Source: Ignisphaera sp. (lineage in GTDB: Archaea; Thermoproteota; Thermoprotei_A; Sulfolobales; Ignisphaeraceae). From it: a DNA stretch of 64,000 nt. The DNA is taken from NCBI GenBank assembly GCA_038889075.1, contig JAWAHS010000002.1, positions 108,930 through 172,929 on the forward strand. Reading direction: 5' to 3'. Of the stretch, positions 19,354 to 29,157 are shown one piece after another. The notes under the pieces were generated by a model. That model was not told where the DNA came from and did no database searches. It saw only the letters and a program-made list of their open reading frames with translations. Made by a program: the position numbers and the translations under genes. Position 1 is the stretch's first letter, and every line of letters starts with the position of its first letter.

Positions 19354-20349
19354 ATGAAGTTTTTATCATATGCTACTGAAATATCTAAGAAGGTCGAAAG
19401 GTTTATATATGAAATAATAGAAGGAGAACCCAAGATCCTATACGAATCAGCACTTCATTATATAAAAGCTGGTGGGAAGAGAGTAAGACCCCTCATAACA
19501 GTACTATCTGCTAGACTCTGCGGTGGATCTGAAGATATAGCAATACCTGGAGCCGCCGCAGTAGAGGTTCTTCACACATTTACATTAGTTCATGATGATA
19601 TCATAGATAGAGATGAGTTTAGAAGAGGGGTTCCTACAGTTCATAAAATATGGGGTAGCGATATGGCCATAATTTCAGGAGATCTGCTATTTGCATATGC
19701 ATATAGGTGTCTAATTAAATCACTAAGCTATGGAATACCAAGTGATAGAGTTGTTAGGGCAGTGGATATACTTACTGATGCAACTATTACTGTAGCAGAG
19801 GGTCAAGCACTTGATATGCTACTGCCAACATTTAATGGAGTAGACGTCCATAGCTATATTGAGATGGTTAGAAAGAAGACAGCAGCTCTTTTTGCATCTT
19901 CAGCAGCTATAGGGGCTGTATTGGCTGGAGGGAATACGGAGATTATTGAAAAACTTAGAGAAGCTATGATTAATGCTGGCATAGCGTTCCAAATTAGGGA
20001 TGATGTCCTAGGCCTGCTAGGTGATGAAAAGGTATTGGGAAAACCTGTTTATAGTGATATTAGAGAGGGTAAGATGACCATACTCGTAATCTATACTCTA
20101 AATAATGCTGATGAGAATAAGAGAAGGAGGCTGAAAAGCATTTTAGGTAATAGAAATGCAAATTTACAGGAATTAAGTGAAGCTGCAGAAATAATAAAAT
20201 CAAGTGGAGCTATAGAGTATGCTGAAGATTTAGCTGAACATTATGCTATCAAAGCTATTAATATAAGCAGAAGTATTGAATCAAAAGATGACGAGGCCTT
20301 AAATATGTTTAGGGAAGTCGTAGAATTTATGGTGAAGAGAAATTACTAA
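19354..20349 (+). CDS. gds: geranylgeranyl diphosphate synthase
   Basis: GGKRVRP, FTLVHDDIID...RRG, GQ.LD, KT, FQIRDDVL. Confidence 0.94.
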   Translation: MKFLSYATEISKKVERFIYEIIEGEPKILYESALHYIKAGGKRVRPLITVLSARLCGGSEDIAIPGAAAVEVLHTFTLVHDDIIDRDEFRRGVPTVHKIWGSDMAIISGDLLFAYAYRCLIKSLSYGIPSDRVVRAVDILTDATITVAEGQALDMLLPTFNGVDVHSYIEMVRKKTAALFASSAAIGAVLAGGNTEIIEKLREAMINAGIAFQIRDDVLGLLGDEKVLGKPVYSDIREGKMTILVIYTLNNADENKRRRLKSILGNRNANLQELSEAAEIIKSSGAIEYAEDLAEHYAIKAINISRSIESKDDEALNMFREVVEFMVKRNY

Positions 20350-20497
20350 GCGTGAAGCAGCCGAGCAGAGAGAGCTACTCTCTAATTCTCCACTAGCCTT
20401 CATAAATCTAAAGGATCTAAAAAAATTGAGATCTAGAATACAGAGAGAGTTGTCGGCAGTAGGTTCTGCTTCAGATACTCTAGATAAACTGTTGAAT

Positions 20498-20944
20498 ATG
20501 AGATCGAGAGTCTATGTGGATCTGGTGTCGGGCACTTTCTGTAGCCAAGCTATGGATAGTGGTAATGAAGAGTTTGTAGAAATAGTATACGAGAAGGTTC
20601 TTGGCTATATAATAGATATGGAATTGGGTAAGATAGTTACTGACACGGCCATATACTGTCCGAATAGGGATGTCCTCCTCTACATTAAAGCAGACAGCGA
20701 TGTGAAGATTATTGAAGCAAAGGGAAAGAGGATCTATCCTCTAGTCTCTGAAGGGGACAGAGTTAGCTTTGGTAACAAGCTATTTTACATAGTTACAGGT
20801 AAGAATGAGGTACGCGTTATTAAATCAGATGTAAGGGGTGTTGTAGTGTTTATAGGCGAAGTTTTTTCTAATGGTATTCAGCAAGAGGTTATGACTATAA
20901 TTGAGGAAGGTGAGGTGCGTGAGTTTACTAGGTGCCGATATTAA
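20498..20944 (+). CDS. conserved archaeal protein, DUF2118-like (barrel-sandwich hybrid fold); ATG at 20498 preferred over TTG at 20426
   Basis: P.VSEGDRV..G..L.Y.VTGK.EVR...S...G.V pattern; overlaps gltX start. Confidence 0.7.
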   Translation: MRSRVYVDLVSGTFCSQAMDSGNEEFVEIVYEKVLGYIIDMELGKIVTDTAIYCPNRDVLLYIKADSDVKIIEAKGKRIYPLVSEGDRVSFGNKLFYIVTGKNEVRVIKSDVRGVVVFIGEVFSNGIQQEVMTIIEEGEVREFTRCRY

Positions 20945-22673
20945 GGAAGAGGTAAAGAAAGTAGCATTAAGATACGCTCTTCAGAACAAGTTAAAGCATG
21001 GACAGGCAGCAATAGGACCTGTACTCAATAAGGTAATCGGACATTTTAAAGAACACAAGTCAGCGATTAAAGAAATAGGTGAAATAGTTAAGGATGTAGT
21101 AGATTACGTAAATACTCTAAGTATTGAAGAGGCTATGAAAAAAATTGAAGAGTATGGCATTAGTGAAAGTAAAAAGGAGGAAACGAGAGGAACGCTACCT
21201 CCTCTACCAAATGTTGATGTATGGAAAGTCATTGTAACTAGGTTTGCTCCAAATCCAGACTTTGTGATACATCTTGGTAATGCAAGAGCAGCACTACTCA
21301 GCTACGAATATGCAAGGCTGTATAATGGTAGGTTTATACTAAGATTTGAAGATACGGATCCTAGAATCAAGAGACCATTACCAGAGGCTTATGAACTTAT
21401 TAGGGAGGACCTTAGGTGGCTTGGGATTAAATGGGATGAAGAGTACATACAGAGTTTAAGAATGGAACTATACTACAGCATAGCGAAAAAACTTCTCGAG
21501 ATGGGAGCAGCATATGTAGATCTATGTAATTCTGATACATTTAAAAATTATAGAAATCTTGGAAAAGCCTGTCCACATAGAGATGAAGATCCAACCATCC
21601 ATTTGGAAAGATTTGAGAAGATATTAATGGGTGAATATAGTGAAGGAGAAGCTGTAGTAAGAATAAAAACGGATCTAAATCATCCAGATCCAGCTATTAG
21701 AGACTGGGTAATGTTTAGAATTGTAGATACAGTAAAGTACCCCCATCCAATTACAGGAGATAGATATAGGCTTTGGCCAACATACAATTTCGCTGCTGCA
21801 GTAGATGACCATTTCATGAATATAAGTCATATATTTAGAGGTAGGGAACATACACTAAATACCCTAAAGCAACTATATCTATACAAGTACATGGGCTGGC
21901 GCTATCCAGAGGTTGTAAATTTTGGACGCGTAGGAATTGAGGGATTCATACTGAGTAAAAGCTGGGTAAAAACTCAACTTAAGAACAATCCAGAGAAATT
22001 TATGGGATTCGATGATATAAGGTTTGCAACACTTTCAGCTCTTAGAAGAAGAGGCATAGCATCAGAAACAATAAAACAGATAATGATGGAACTTGGCATA
22101 AGAGGTGTCGATGCAAAAATTAGTTGGGTTAACATCTCAGCGTTAAATAGGAAGATACTAGATCCAAAATCGAAAAGAATATTCATAGTTTGCAATCCAA
22201 TCAAAATCCTACTAAAAGGATTAGAGGTTCCATTGAAGGTTACAATACCGTTCCACCCAGCTAGCAATCTCGGAGTGAGAACAATTATACTACGTAAGCC
22301 CGAGGTCTACATTTCAAATGACGATTTGCAGAATCTGATGAAAACTGGCTATATTAGATTGATGGAGTTTGCAAATATTCGCTATCTAAATACTATCAAT
22401 GGTAATACAATAGAGGCTGAATATATTGGTAGAAGTTTGGAAGACGCAAAGAAACTAGGTTTACAGATTGTGCAGTGGGTACCGGTAGAGGATAACATCA
22501 GAGTTACGGTCTATAAAACATGTAATAGCAAGTTGAAAAGGATTGCATGTCTAGGCGAAAAGTCGTTACTCGAACTTCGTGTAGATGAAGTAATCCAGAT
22601 GGTCAGGTTAGGTTTTGGTAGAATTGATAGTATTAAAAGGAATGGTGTTTCGATAATTTACGCACATGAATGA
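20919..22673 (+). CDS. gltX: glutamyl-tRNA synthetase
   Basis: TRFAPNP...HLGNAR, RFEDTDP, WPTYNFA, LSKS; GTG at 20919 follows AGGTGAGG. Confidence 0.97.
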   Translation: MSLLGADIKEEVKKVALRYALQNKLKHGQAAIGPVLNKVIGHFKEHKSAIKEIGEIVKDVVDYVNTLSIEEAMKKIEEYGISESKKEETRGTLPPLPNVDVWKVIVTRFAPNPDFVIHLGNARAALLSYEYARLYNGRFILRFEDTDPRIKRPLPEAYELIREDLRWLGIKWDEEYIQSLRMELYYSIAKKLLEMGAAYVDLCNSDTFKNYRNLGKACPHRDEDPTIHLERFEKILMGEYSEGEAVVRIKTDLNHPDPAIRDWVMFRIVDTVKYPHPITGDRYRLWPTYNFAAAVDDHFMNISHIFRGREHTLNTLKQLYLYKYMGWRYPEVVNFGRVGIEGFILSKSWVKTQLKNNPEKFMGFDDIRFATLSALRRRGIASETIKQIMMELGIRGVDAKISWVNISALNRKILDPKSKRIFIVCNPIKILLKGLEVPLKVTIPFHPASNLGVRTIILRKPEVYISNDDLQNLMKTGYIRLMEFANIRYLNTINGNTIEAEYIGRSLEDAKKLGLQIVQWVPVEDNIRVTVYKTCNSKLKRIACLGEKSLLELRVDEVIQMVRLGFGRIDSIKRNGVSIIYAHE

Positions 22674-22745
22674 CATTTTTCAAAATACCTTAAATACCAG
22701 TGCAAAAGCTTAGAACAGTGACAATCTAAAGAAAAGGTGATGGAA

Positions 22746-23126
22746 ATGTCAAAACCATTTTATGTAAAGTTCGAGGTGCCCTCAGAGATATCTGAAAAAG
22801 CATACCAAGCATTAAAAAAGGCGAGGGAAACCGGTGGGAAAATAAGGAAAGGCACCAATGAGGTTACAAAGGGGGTTGAGAGAGGATTATGTAAAATAGT
22901 ATTTATCGCAGAGGATGTGGATCCACCAGAAGTCGTGGCACACCTACCACTACTATGTGAAGAGAAAAAGGTACCATATCTGTACGTACCAAGTAAAAAG
23001 AGATTAGGAGAAGCTGCAGGGATAGAGGTTGCAGCAGCTTCTGCATGTATTGTTGAACCAGGAGAGGCTAAAGCCGATGTAGATGAACTTACATCTAGAT
23101 TCCAAGAGCTTAGAGCAAAAGCGTGA
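22746..23126 (+). CDS. rpl7ae: 50S ribosomal protein L7Ae / sRNP core protein
   Basis: [27 protein letters not shown]. Confidence 0.98.
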   Translation: MSKPFYVKFEVPSEISEKAYQALKKARETGGKIRKGTNEVTKGVERGLCKIVFIAEDVDPPEVVAHLPLLCEEKKVPYLYVPSKKRLGEAAGIEVAAASACIVEPGEAKADVDELTSRFQELRAKA

Positions 23127-23164
23127 ATAAGATAATACTAGAAAGAATAAGATAATACTAGAAA
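23125..23164 (+). repeat. 20-bp perfect tandem duplication GAATAAGATAATACTAGAAA x2
   Basis: Read directly, starting within the rpl7ae stop codon. Confidence 0.9.
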
Positions 23165-23293
23165 GTTAGCATATCACAGTTCAAAGAGTTTTTAATCTGT
23201 TAAATATAATCCATCACTATTCAATCCTAATTACTTTATATTTTACTAGTCATACATCTACTCTTAGCTCCTATATTGTCTCTTCTGTATTGT

Positions 23294-23557
23294 CTACCTT
23301 CTCACACTTAACTTTCTGGCTTCCCGCTCTGTTTCCCTAAGAATGATGATATCGCCTACTCTTACAGGACCTCTAACATTTCTGGTTAGAATACGGCCCT
23401 TATCTCTACCTTCAAGTATTCTAACTCTAACTTGTGTAACCTCACCAGTTACACCAGTTCTTCCAATTATTTGGACAACTTCTGCTGGAAACCCTATTTT
23501 CTCTACAACATTTATTTCGTATTCCTTGCCTTTCTCTTCTACTACAGTATTTGACAT
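23294..23557 (-). CDS. rps28e: 30S ribosomal protein S28e
   Basis: [40 protein letters not shown]. Confidence 0.97.
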   Translation of the reverse strand: MSNTVVEEKGKEYEINVVEKIGFPAEVVQIIGRTGVTGEVTQVRVRILEGRDKGRILTRNVRGPVRVGDIIILRETEREARKLSVRR

Positions 23558-23650
23558 CAGCACTGCACCCTATATCTCTGATTTTTTCGAAAGAAAGAGC
23601 TTATAAGCTTTAGCATGAAGTCTTATCTATATAAGCAGGTGAAATTTGTC

Positions 23651-23833
23651 ATGGTCTCTAAACACATATGCAGCTATTGTGGAAACACTATAGAGCCTGG
23701 AAATGGCTTGATGTTTGTAAGAAATAATGGTACAATAATCTGGTTTTGTTCGAGTAAATGTTTTAAGAACTTCAAACTTGGAAGAGATCCAAAGAAATTG
23801 CCTTGGACAAAACTATATAGCGGAAGAGGATAG
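23651..23833 (+). CDS. rpl24e: 50S ribosomal protein L24e
   Basis: CSYCG..IEPG.G.M.V..G....FCSSKC...R.P.K..WT; ATG follows GGTGA. Confidence 0.97.
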   Translation: MVSKHICSYCGNTIEPGNGLMFVRNNGTIIWFCSSKCFKNFKLGRDPKKLPWTKLYSGRG

Positions 23834-24102
23834 CATCATCTCATGCTACTTCTCTACCTATTTTTGTAGAGACTATTGTATTGGTAGATTTATTGGCTTC
23901 TAGCAGATTATGTAGCTCGGTAAGCCTAATATAATATAGTATCTACTTAATACACTCCTTTCTTTATCATAATAGTTAATGTGGAAATTTCAATATTTTT
24001 AGATGCATTGTAATTCCATTATGTATTCAATATTTTTAGAACAGTAGTGAGTATTTATGGGTATTTCGAAATTAAAATTGTGAAGCGAAAACTTGAAACC
24101 AA

Positions 24103-25914
24103 TTATATCTGCGTTAAAAAGATGGTATATCCAATATCTATGGCCGACTTTATTTTGATTATCTCTCTTAACACATCTACGGCATCAGGCGAGAGCATGT
24201 CCTTAAATTTCGACAGTAATAACTTGATATGATCTAGAGGTATATCAGTATATAGAAGATCATTTTCCTTTATATGACGTCCTACCATTACATTCCCTTT
24301 AATTGATATAGCGACCTCTTGACCAGCCTTAGCATCCTTTATAGATTTCCCCATGTGTTGTATCTGCTGGATTTCTCCAACATATTTACCGTCCATCTTC
24401 ATTAATGGTACACCAGATCTTATCATACCACCCACAACCTCTACACCTACAATTGCAGGATCGCTACGCCGAAATATATAGCCAGGTAAAATCCTTATCT
24501 TTCCAGGAGGTATTATTTTCTCAAACTCTTTTTGAAGTTCTCCAGACTTTTCTTTTTCTAACCATTCAATGTATTCTTCGATAAGTCTATATATTATATT
24601 GCTTCTAAACACGGGTACACCTTCTTTTTGAGCTAGTTCTTCGGCTTCCTGAATTGCCTTGACGTTGAATAGTAGTATTACACCTAGATATCTATCAATT
24701 TTTGCAACAATACTAGCTTCTATAACATCCCGTTTTGTAAGGGGGCCTACGTCAGCTATTCTTACCGGCACTGATTTCTTATTCAATGCATTTACAATAG
24801 CTTCCAATGTTCCAAGCGTATCAGCTTTAACTATCACACCATTTATTTCCCGTCTAAATCTTATAGTCTCAATTTCTTCGAGTAGTTTATTTCTGTACTC
24901 CTCTGCACGTTCTTCAGATGGAATAACATATAGTGGAGAGCCGGCCAAAGTCTCTTCAATATCAGGTGCTATTATTCTCACACCTGCAGCAGCTACAACT
25001 TCTTCGATGGGTCTAAGCTCTGTTTTTGCCACCCGAATATCAGTTAATGGTTTAGGTACCAGTATGGCCCTAACTCTTGTAAATATAGGGCCATTAATGC
25101 CCGCGACAATTATAGGATCATGCTGTTTTAGAATACCATCATATATTATGACATCTAGTGCAGTTCCATATCCAGGTTGCTCCTTAACCTCTAGAACAAC
25201 CCCTCTAGCAGGACCTTCAGTATACATAATTTTTTCGCTCATATATCTCTGTGTAATGCCGGCCACCACGGCTAGTAATTCAGGTATACCCTCTCCAGTC
25301 TTAGCTGATAAGGGGATTATAGGGACAGTCTTGGTAAAATCACGCACACGATCAAATAAGTCAGAATTTATTCCATAATTTGATAACTGAGCTATTAATT
25401 TGTATATCTCCATTTCAACTTTTTTAACTATTTGAGGACTCTGATTTTTTAAACTAAATATTATCGGTTTGTCTTGATACGGCTTCCAGCCAGCTATCTT
25501 GTCTATTTTATTCGCAGCTACTACAAAGGGTACACCACGGGATTTTAGTATTTCTATGCATTCGATTGTCTGAGGCATAACACCCTCATTTATATCGATG
25601 ACCAGAATGGCTATATCAGCTACACTTCCACCTCTTCTTCTAAGGTTTGAGAATAATTCGTGGCCGGGGGTATCTATAAATAACAATCCTGGGATTTCAA
25701 GTTTAAATGGTATTACTTTTTTCAATGGTTCTGCAATTCTTTCAATAACAGAAGCTGGAACGAGACTTGCACCTACATGTTGCGTCATCTCCCCTGCCTC
25801 CTTCCGTACAACAGCTGTACCCCTTATTTTATCTAATAGTGTGGTCTTTCCATGGTCAACATGCCCAAGGACCACGACTATAGGTTGGCGGAGTCGCTTT
25901 TGCCGTTGAACCAT
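24103..25914 (-). CDS. infB: translation initiation factor aIF5B (IF2)
   Basis: LRQPIVVVLGHVDHGKTTLLD, TQHVGA, DTPGHE, NKID. Confidence 0.98.
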   Translation of the reverse strand: MVQRQKRLRQPIVVVLGHVDHGKTTLLDKIRGTAVVRKEAGEMTQHVGASLVPASVIERIAEPLKKVIPFKLEIPGLLFIDTPGHELFSNLRRRGGSVADIAILVIDINEGVMPQTIECIEILKSRGVPFVVAANKIDKIAGWKPYQDKPIIFSLKNQSPQIVKKVEMEIYKLIAQLSNYGINSDLFDRVRDFTKTVPIIPLSAKTGEGIPELLAVVAGITQRYMSEKIMYTEGPARGVVLEVKEQPGYGTALDVIIYDGILKQHDPIIVAGINGPIFTRVRAILVPKPLTDIRVAKTELRPIEEVVAAAGVRIIAPDIEETLAGSPLYVIPSEERAEEYRNKLLEEIETIRFRREINGVIVKADTLGTLEAIVNALNKKSVPVRIADVGPLTKRDVIEASIVAKIDRYLGVILLFNVKAIQEAEELAQKEGVPVFRSNIIYRLIEEYIEWLEKEKSGELQKEFEKIIPPGKIRILPGYIFRRSDPAIVGVEVVGGMIRSGVPLMKMDGKYVGEIQQIQHMGKSIKDAKAGQEVAISIKGNVMVGRHIKENDLLYTDIPLDHIKLLLSKFKDMLSPDAVDVLREIIKIKSAIDIGYTIFLTQI

Positions 25915-26050
25915 TCCTAGCCTACCTCATTTAATTAATTAAGTTATTAAAGTAGCATAGATGTGGATACTACAATATATAGTCTCAAAACAGCTTTTTA
26001 GGTTTACACGTTAGAAATAAAACCTACAGTCTAGGGGTGTACTAGCAAAG

Positions 26051-26695
26051 ATGCCTGAGTTTAAGTTAGTGATCTCTGATCCTAGAGTTAAGAATCTGCG
26101 GATAGTACCAGTAAAGGTAGTAGGCTCTGAATCGCTGGAGTATACTGATGTACATAAGGAACAAAGAGAGTTGGCAAGAGTAAAACTTAATCCTGCTCTC
26201 ATAAAATTGCTGAATCCCGAACTAGGTGTTGTAATAGTAAGGATATGGAAGAATAGAGCTAGCAGGGAGAAGGTTAATTTAACAGCTAGAGTAGTTGAGG
26301 ATGCTTCAGTTGATACACAAACTGCTATGGTGCCCATGGCATTCATGAGAGAAAGATTAGGAGCTTCTGAAGCAATAGGGGAAGTTTTTAGAGCACCTGC
26401 ATTTCAGATAAGAATAGCAGGATCAACATATCAGAGTCTGATTGGTCTAAAGATAGGTGAAAGAATTGATGGCAGAATCGTGGGTTTACCCAATATTAGG
26501 CTTGAGATTCGAGGGGGATCCGATCTAGCAGGCTTTCCTATGAGGGTGGATGTAGCTGGACCTGTTAAAAAATACGTTTTACTTTCACAGGGACCAGGCT
26601 TTAGACCTAAAGAGGATGGAGAAAAAAGGAGGAAACTCATAAGAGGCAATACGATATCTGAAGACATAGTACAGATAAATACTGTAATTGTATAA
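26051..26695 (+). CDS. rps6e: 30S ribosomal protein S6e (long crenarchaeal form)
   Basis: FKLVISDP, GGSD.AGFPM, GE.RRK..RGN, IVQIN. Confidence 0.95.
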   Translation: MPEFKLVISDPRVKNLRIVPVKVVGSESLEYTDVHKEQRELARVKLNPALIKLLNPELGVVIVRIWKNRASREKVNLTARVVEDASVDTQTAMVPMAFMRERLGASEAIGEVFRAPAFQIRIAGSTYQSLIGLKIGERIDGRIVGLPNIRLEIRGGSDLAGFPMRVDVAGPVKKYVLLSQGPGFRPKEDGEKRRKLIRGNTISEDIVQINTVIV

Positions 26696-26759
26696 ATTGT
26701 AAAGATATTTTTGCTATACTAAATAGTATTTATATATCGATAATACGGTGCGCAAGTTT

Positions 26760-27983
26760 ATGAGCATGATTCCATCAATGAGTATAGGCGTTGTAGGGCA
26801 CGTTGATCATGGTAAAACCACACTTGTACAAGCATTAACTGGTATTTGGACAGCTAGATACTCGGAAGAGTTGAAAAGATCCATGACTATAAAGCTAGGT
26901 TATGCTGAAGGATACATAGGCGTGTGTGAAGGTCTCGAAATACCAGAGGCCTATAATACAAGTGGGGTCTGTCCACAGGGTTCAAAGCTAAAAGTAATTA
27001 AATCGGTATCGTACGTTGATGCTCCAGGCCACGAGGTTCTAATGGCTACAATGTTATCAGGGGCTGCATTGATGGATGCAGCTATACTTGTTATTGCAGC
27101 CAATGAACCATGCCCGCAGCCTCAAACCCGGGAGCACCTCAAGTCATTGGAGATTATAGGTCTAGATCAGCTTATTGTTGTTCAAAATAAGATAGATATT
27201 GTTAGTTATGAGCAGGCTAAGGAGAACTATAGGCAGATAGTAGACTTTCTCGGTACTACAAGGTATTCTAAAGCACCCATAATACCTGTGAGCGCTCTTC
27301 ATAAAGTTAATATAGATGTTCTCGCCATGGGTATGGCTAAAATGTTTAGAGAGCCTGAACGGGACTATAGTAAACCTGCTATGATGTTAATTGCAAGAAG
27401 TTTTGATGTTAACTTACCAGGTACAAAGCCTGATAAACTTGTAGGTGGTGTAGTCGGTGGTAGTATACTGAAGGGGGTGCTGAGGATTGGAGACGAGGTT
27501 GAGATAAAACCTGGTATAAGAATTGAATTAAAGGGAGGTAGGGTGAAGTACGAACCTTTGGTAACAAGAGTTTCAAGCATTAGGTATGGAAATATTAATG
27601 TAGATGAAGCAAAGCCAGGTGGTCTAGTAGCAATAGGAACACTACTCGATCCTTCTATAACTAAAGGTGATTCACTTATGGGTAACGTTCTAGGTCACAG
27701 TGTTCCTGATCCAGTATCTGACATTAGAGTGGAGTATAATTTATTTGAACGTGTATTAGGTAGTAGGACTCAGGAGGTAATAGAACCACTAAAGGTACGT
27801 GAAACAATATTTTTGATAATTAAAACAGCCTGGGCACGTGGTGTATTAACTAGGGTAACGAGGGATGAATTTGAAATTAAGCTGGAGAAGCCTGTTGTAA
27901 CATTAGGAAAGGATAAGGTAGCTATAATTAGGCAGGTTCGAGGTAGATGGAGATTAGTAGGGTGGGGTCAAGTAAAAGGCTAG
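26760..27983 (+). CDS. eif2g: translation initiation factor aIF2 gamma subunit
   Basis: GHVDHGKT, TIKLGYA, DAPGHE.LMATMLSG, QNKID, RSFDVN.PG, WRL.G.G. Confidence 0.97.
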   Translation: MSMIPSMSIGVVGHVDHGKTTLVQALTGIWTARYSEELKRSMTIKLGYAEGYIGVCEGLEIPEAYNTSGVCPQGSKLKVIKSVSYVDAPGHEVLMATMLSGAALMDAAILVIAANEPCPQPQTREHLKSLEIIGLDQLIVVQNKIDIVSYEQAKENYRQIVDFLGTTRYSKAPIIPVSALHKVNIDVLAMGMAKMFREPERDYSKPAMMLIARSFDVNLPGTKPDKLVGGVVGGSILKGVLRIGDEVEIKPGIRIELKGGRVKYEPLVTRVSSIRYGNINVDEAKPGGLVAIGTLLDPSITKGDSLMGNVLGHSVPDPVSDIRVEYNLFERVLGSRTQEVIEPLKVRETIFLIIKTAWARGVLTRVTRDEFEIKLEKPVVTLGKDKVAIIRQVRGRWRLVGWGQVKG

Positions 27984-28402
27984 AGGAATTCAACTGTATA
28001 GCTATTGTGGATACCAGTGTAATACTCTTGATATCAGCAAGGGAGGCACACCTTGATGATATGATAGACTTGATACCTGGTTGCGCTGCGGTTGTGCTAA
28101 CGCCTGTTATAAGTGAACTACAATTAATAGCTAGAAAGGGGAATTCAGAGAAATCACATATAGCAAAATGGGCCTTGGAGAACCTCCTACGTTTATTAAA
28201 CGTTGTTGAGGTACCTGTAATGGAGCAGAGGAAGGTTGATGATCTGATAGTAGAATTTGCCGAAGAGATGAAAAAGGCAAAGAGGGTTCTAATTGTAACT
28301 GCTGATACGAAGTTGAAAAATGATGCAGTGCGAAGAGGCATTAATGTTCTATGGTATCGCAAGGAGAAAAAAGGATTTGAGATGTTAATAGATATAATAT
28401 AA
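27947..28402 (+). CDS. PIN-domain protein (Fcf1/Utp24-like); start uncertain
   Basis: VDTS, V..EL, VDD, VTAD..L acidic motifs; conserved position after eif2g. Confidence 0.85.
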   Translation: MEISRVGSSKRLEEFNCIAIVDTSVILLISAREAHLDDMIDLIPGCAAVVLTPVISELQLIARKGNSEKSHIAKWALENLLRLLNVVEVPVMEQRKVDDLIVEFAEEMKKAKRVLIVTADTKLKNDAVRRGINVLWYRKEKKGFEMLIDII

Positions 28403-28511
28403 AGTGTTCTGTAGATGTAGGCTTACTAACAGCTTCATTCAGTTATTTGTAGCTATATGTACGTTAAATATTTAAAAGCTTTATTTTACAGTAGTGCTCT
28501 AGGGTTTTTCA

Positions 28512-29051
28512 TTGTTTAGGATATATAGACTACGCGATATAGTGAGGATAGATCCATCGAAAATAGATAGACCATTAGAGGAGACAGCCTTTGATGAGAT
28601 TAGAAAAAAGTATGAGGGATTGAGGGACAGGAATTTAGGGATAGTAGTAGCGATAACAAATATAAAAGTTGATCCAATGGGAGTACTGCCGCTTGGTGAT
28701 GGTGCACCGCATTACAGAGTTGTATTTGATGCACTTACTTACATACCAGTAATTAATGAGGTAGTTGAGGGCCCTGTTGAAGTACTGGGGAGAATGGGAC
28801 TTACTGTTAGAGTGGGTCCTATAGAGGGATTCATTCATATATCGCAAGTGGCTGATGACGAAGTTTCCTATGATCCCGCTAGAAATATGGTTATATGTAA
28901 GAATAGCAAGAGATTTGTAATGCAGGGCGACATGGTTAGAGCTAGAATAACATCGATTTCGCTGGGTACACCTCAAAGATTACCCAGAGTCAGTATGACT
29001 ATGAGACAGCCATATTTAGGTAAAATTGAATGGCTGTCTAAATCTAAATAG
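28512..29051 (+). CDS. rpoE1: RNA polymerase subunit Rpo7 (E')
   Basis: D.VRI.P, GDGA, GP.EG.IH.SQ, GD.VRARI, TMRQP.LGK.EW. Confidence 0.96.
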   Translation: MFRIYRLRDIVRIDPSKIDRPLEETAFDEIRKKYEGLRDRNLGIVVAITNIKVDPMGVLPLGDGAPHYRVVFDALTYIPVINEVVEGPVEVLGRMGLTVRVGPIEGFIHISQVADDEVSYDPARNMVICKNSKRFVMQGDMVRARITSISLGTPQRLPRVSMTMRQPYLGKIEWLSKSK

Positions 29052-29104
29052 TTAAAAAGCGGTAATGGACGGTGAACTATATGGAGTTTTTAAATCCCTG
29101 TATA

Positions 29105-29157
29105 GTGATGAGCCTTGTAAGGTCTGAGGATGAAAAGTGATGAAACAGGGGAACTGA
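29105..29157 (+). ncRNA. box C/D sRNA
   Basis: C GTGATGA 29105-29111; 12-nt guide GCCTTGTAAGGT; D' CTGA 29124-29127; C' GTGATGA 29137-29143; 10-nt guide AACAGGGGAA; D CTGA 29154-29157; intergenic. Confidence 0.82.

Noticed and set aside
22715-22752. K-turn in the rpl7ae 5' UTR (known autoregulation in archaea)
   Set aside because: A TGACA/TGTCA stem could enclose the SD and start codon, but I could not place tandem G-A pairs convincingly.
24659-25378. 239-aa ORF antisense to infB, and the many similar shadow ORFs (e.g. 2946-3383, 13769-14203, 57530-58051)
   Set aside because: They lie wholly opposite well-supported genes, have the Ser/Ile/Leu/Phe-rich composition of reverse-complement frames, and show no motifs.
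26051-26695. Unusually long S6e (214 aa)
   Set aside because: The long form with an internal insertion is known in Sulfolobales and relatives.
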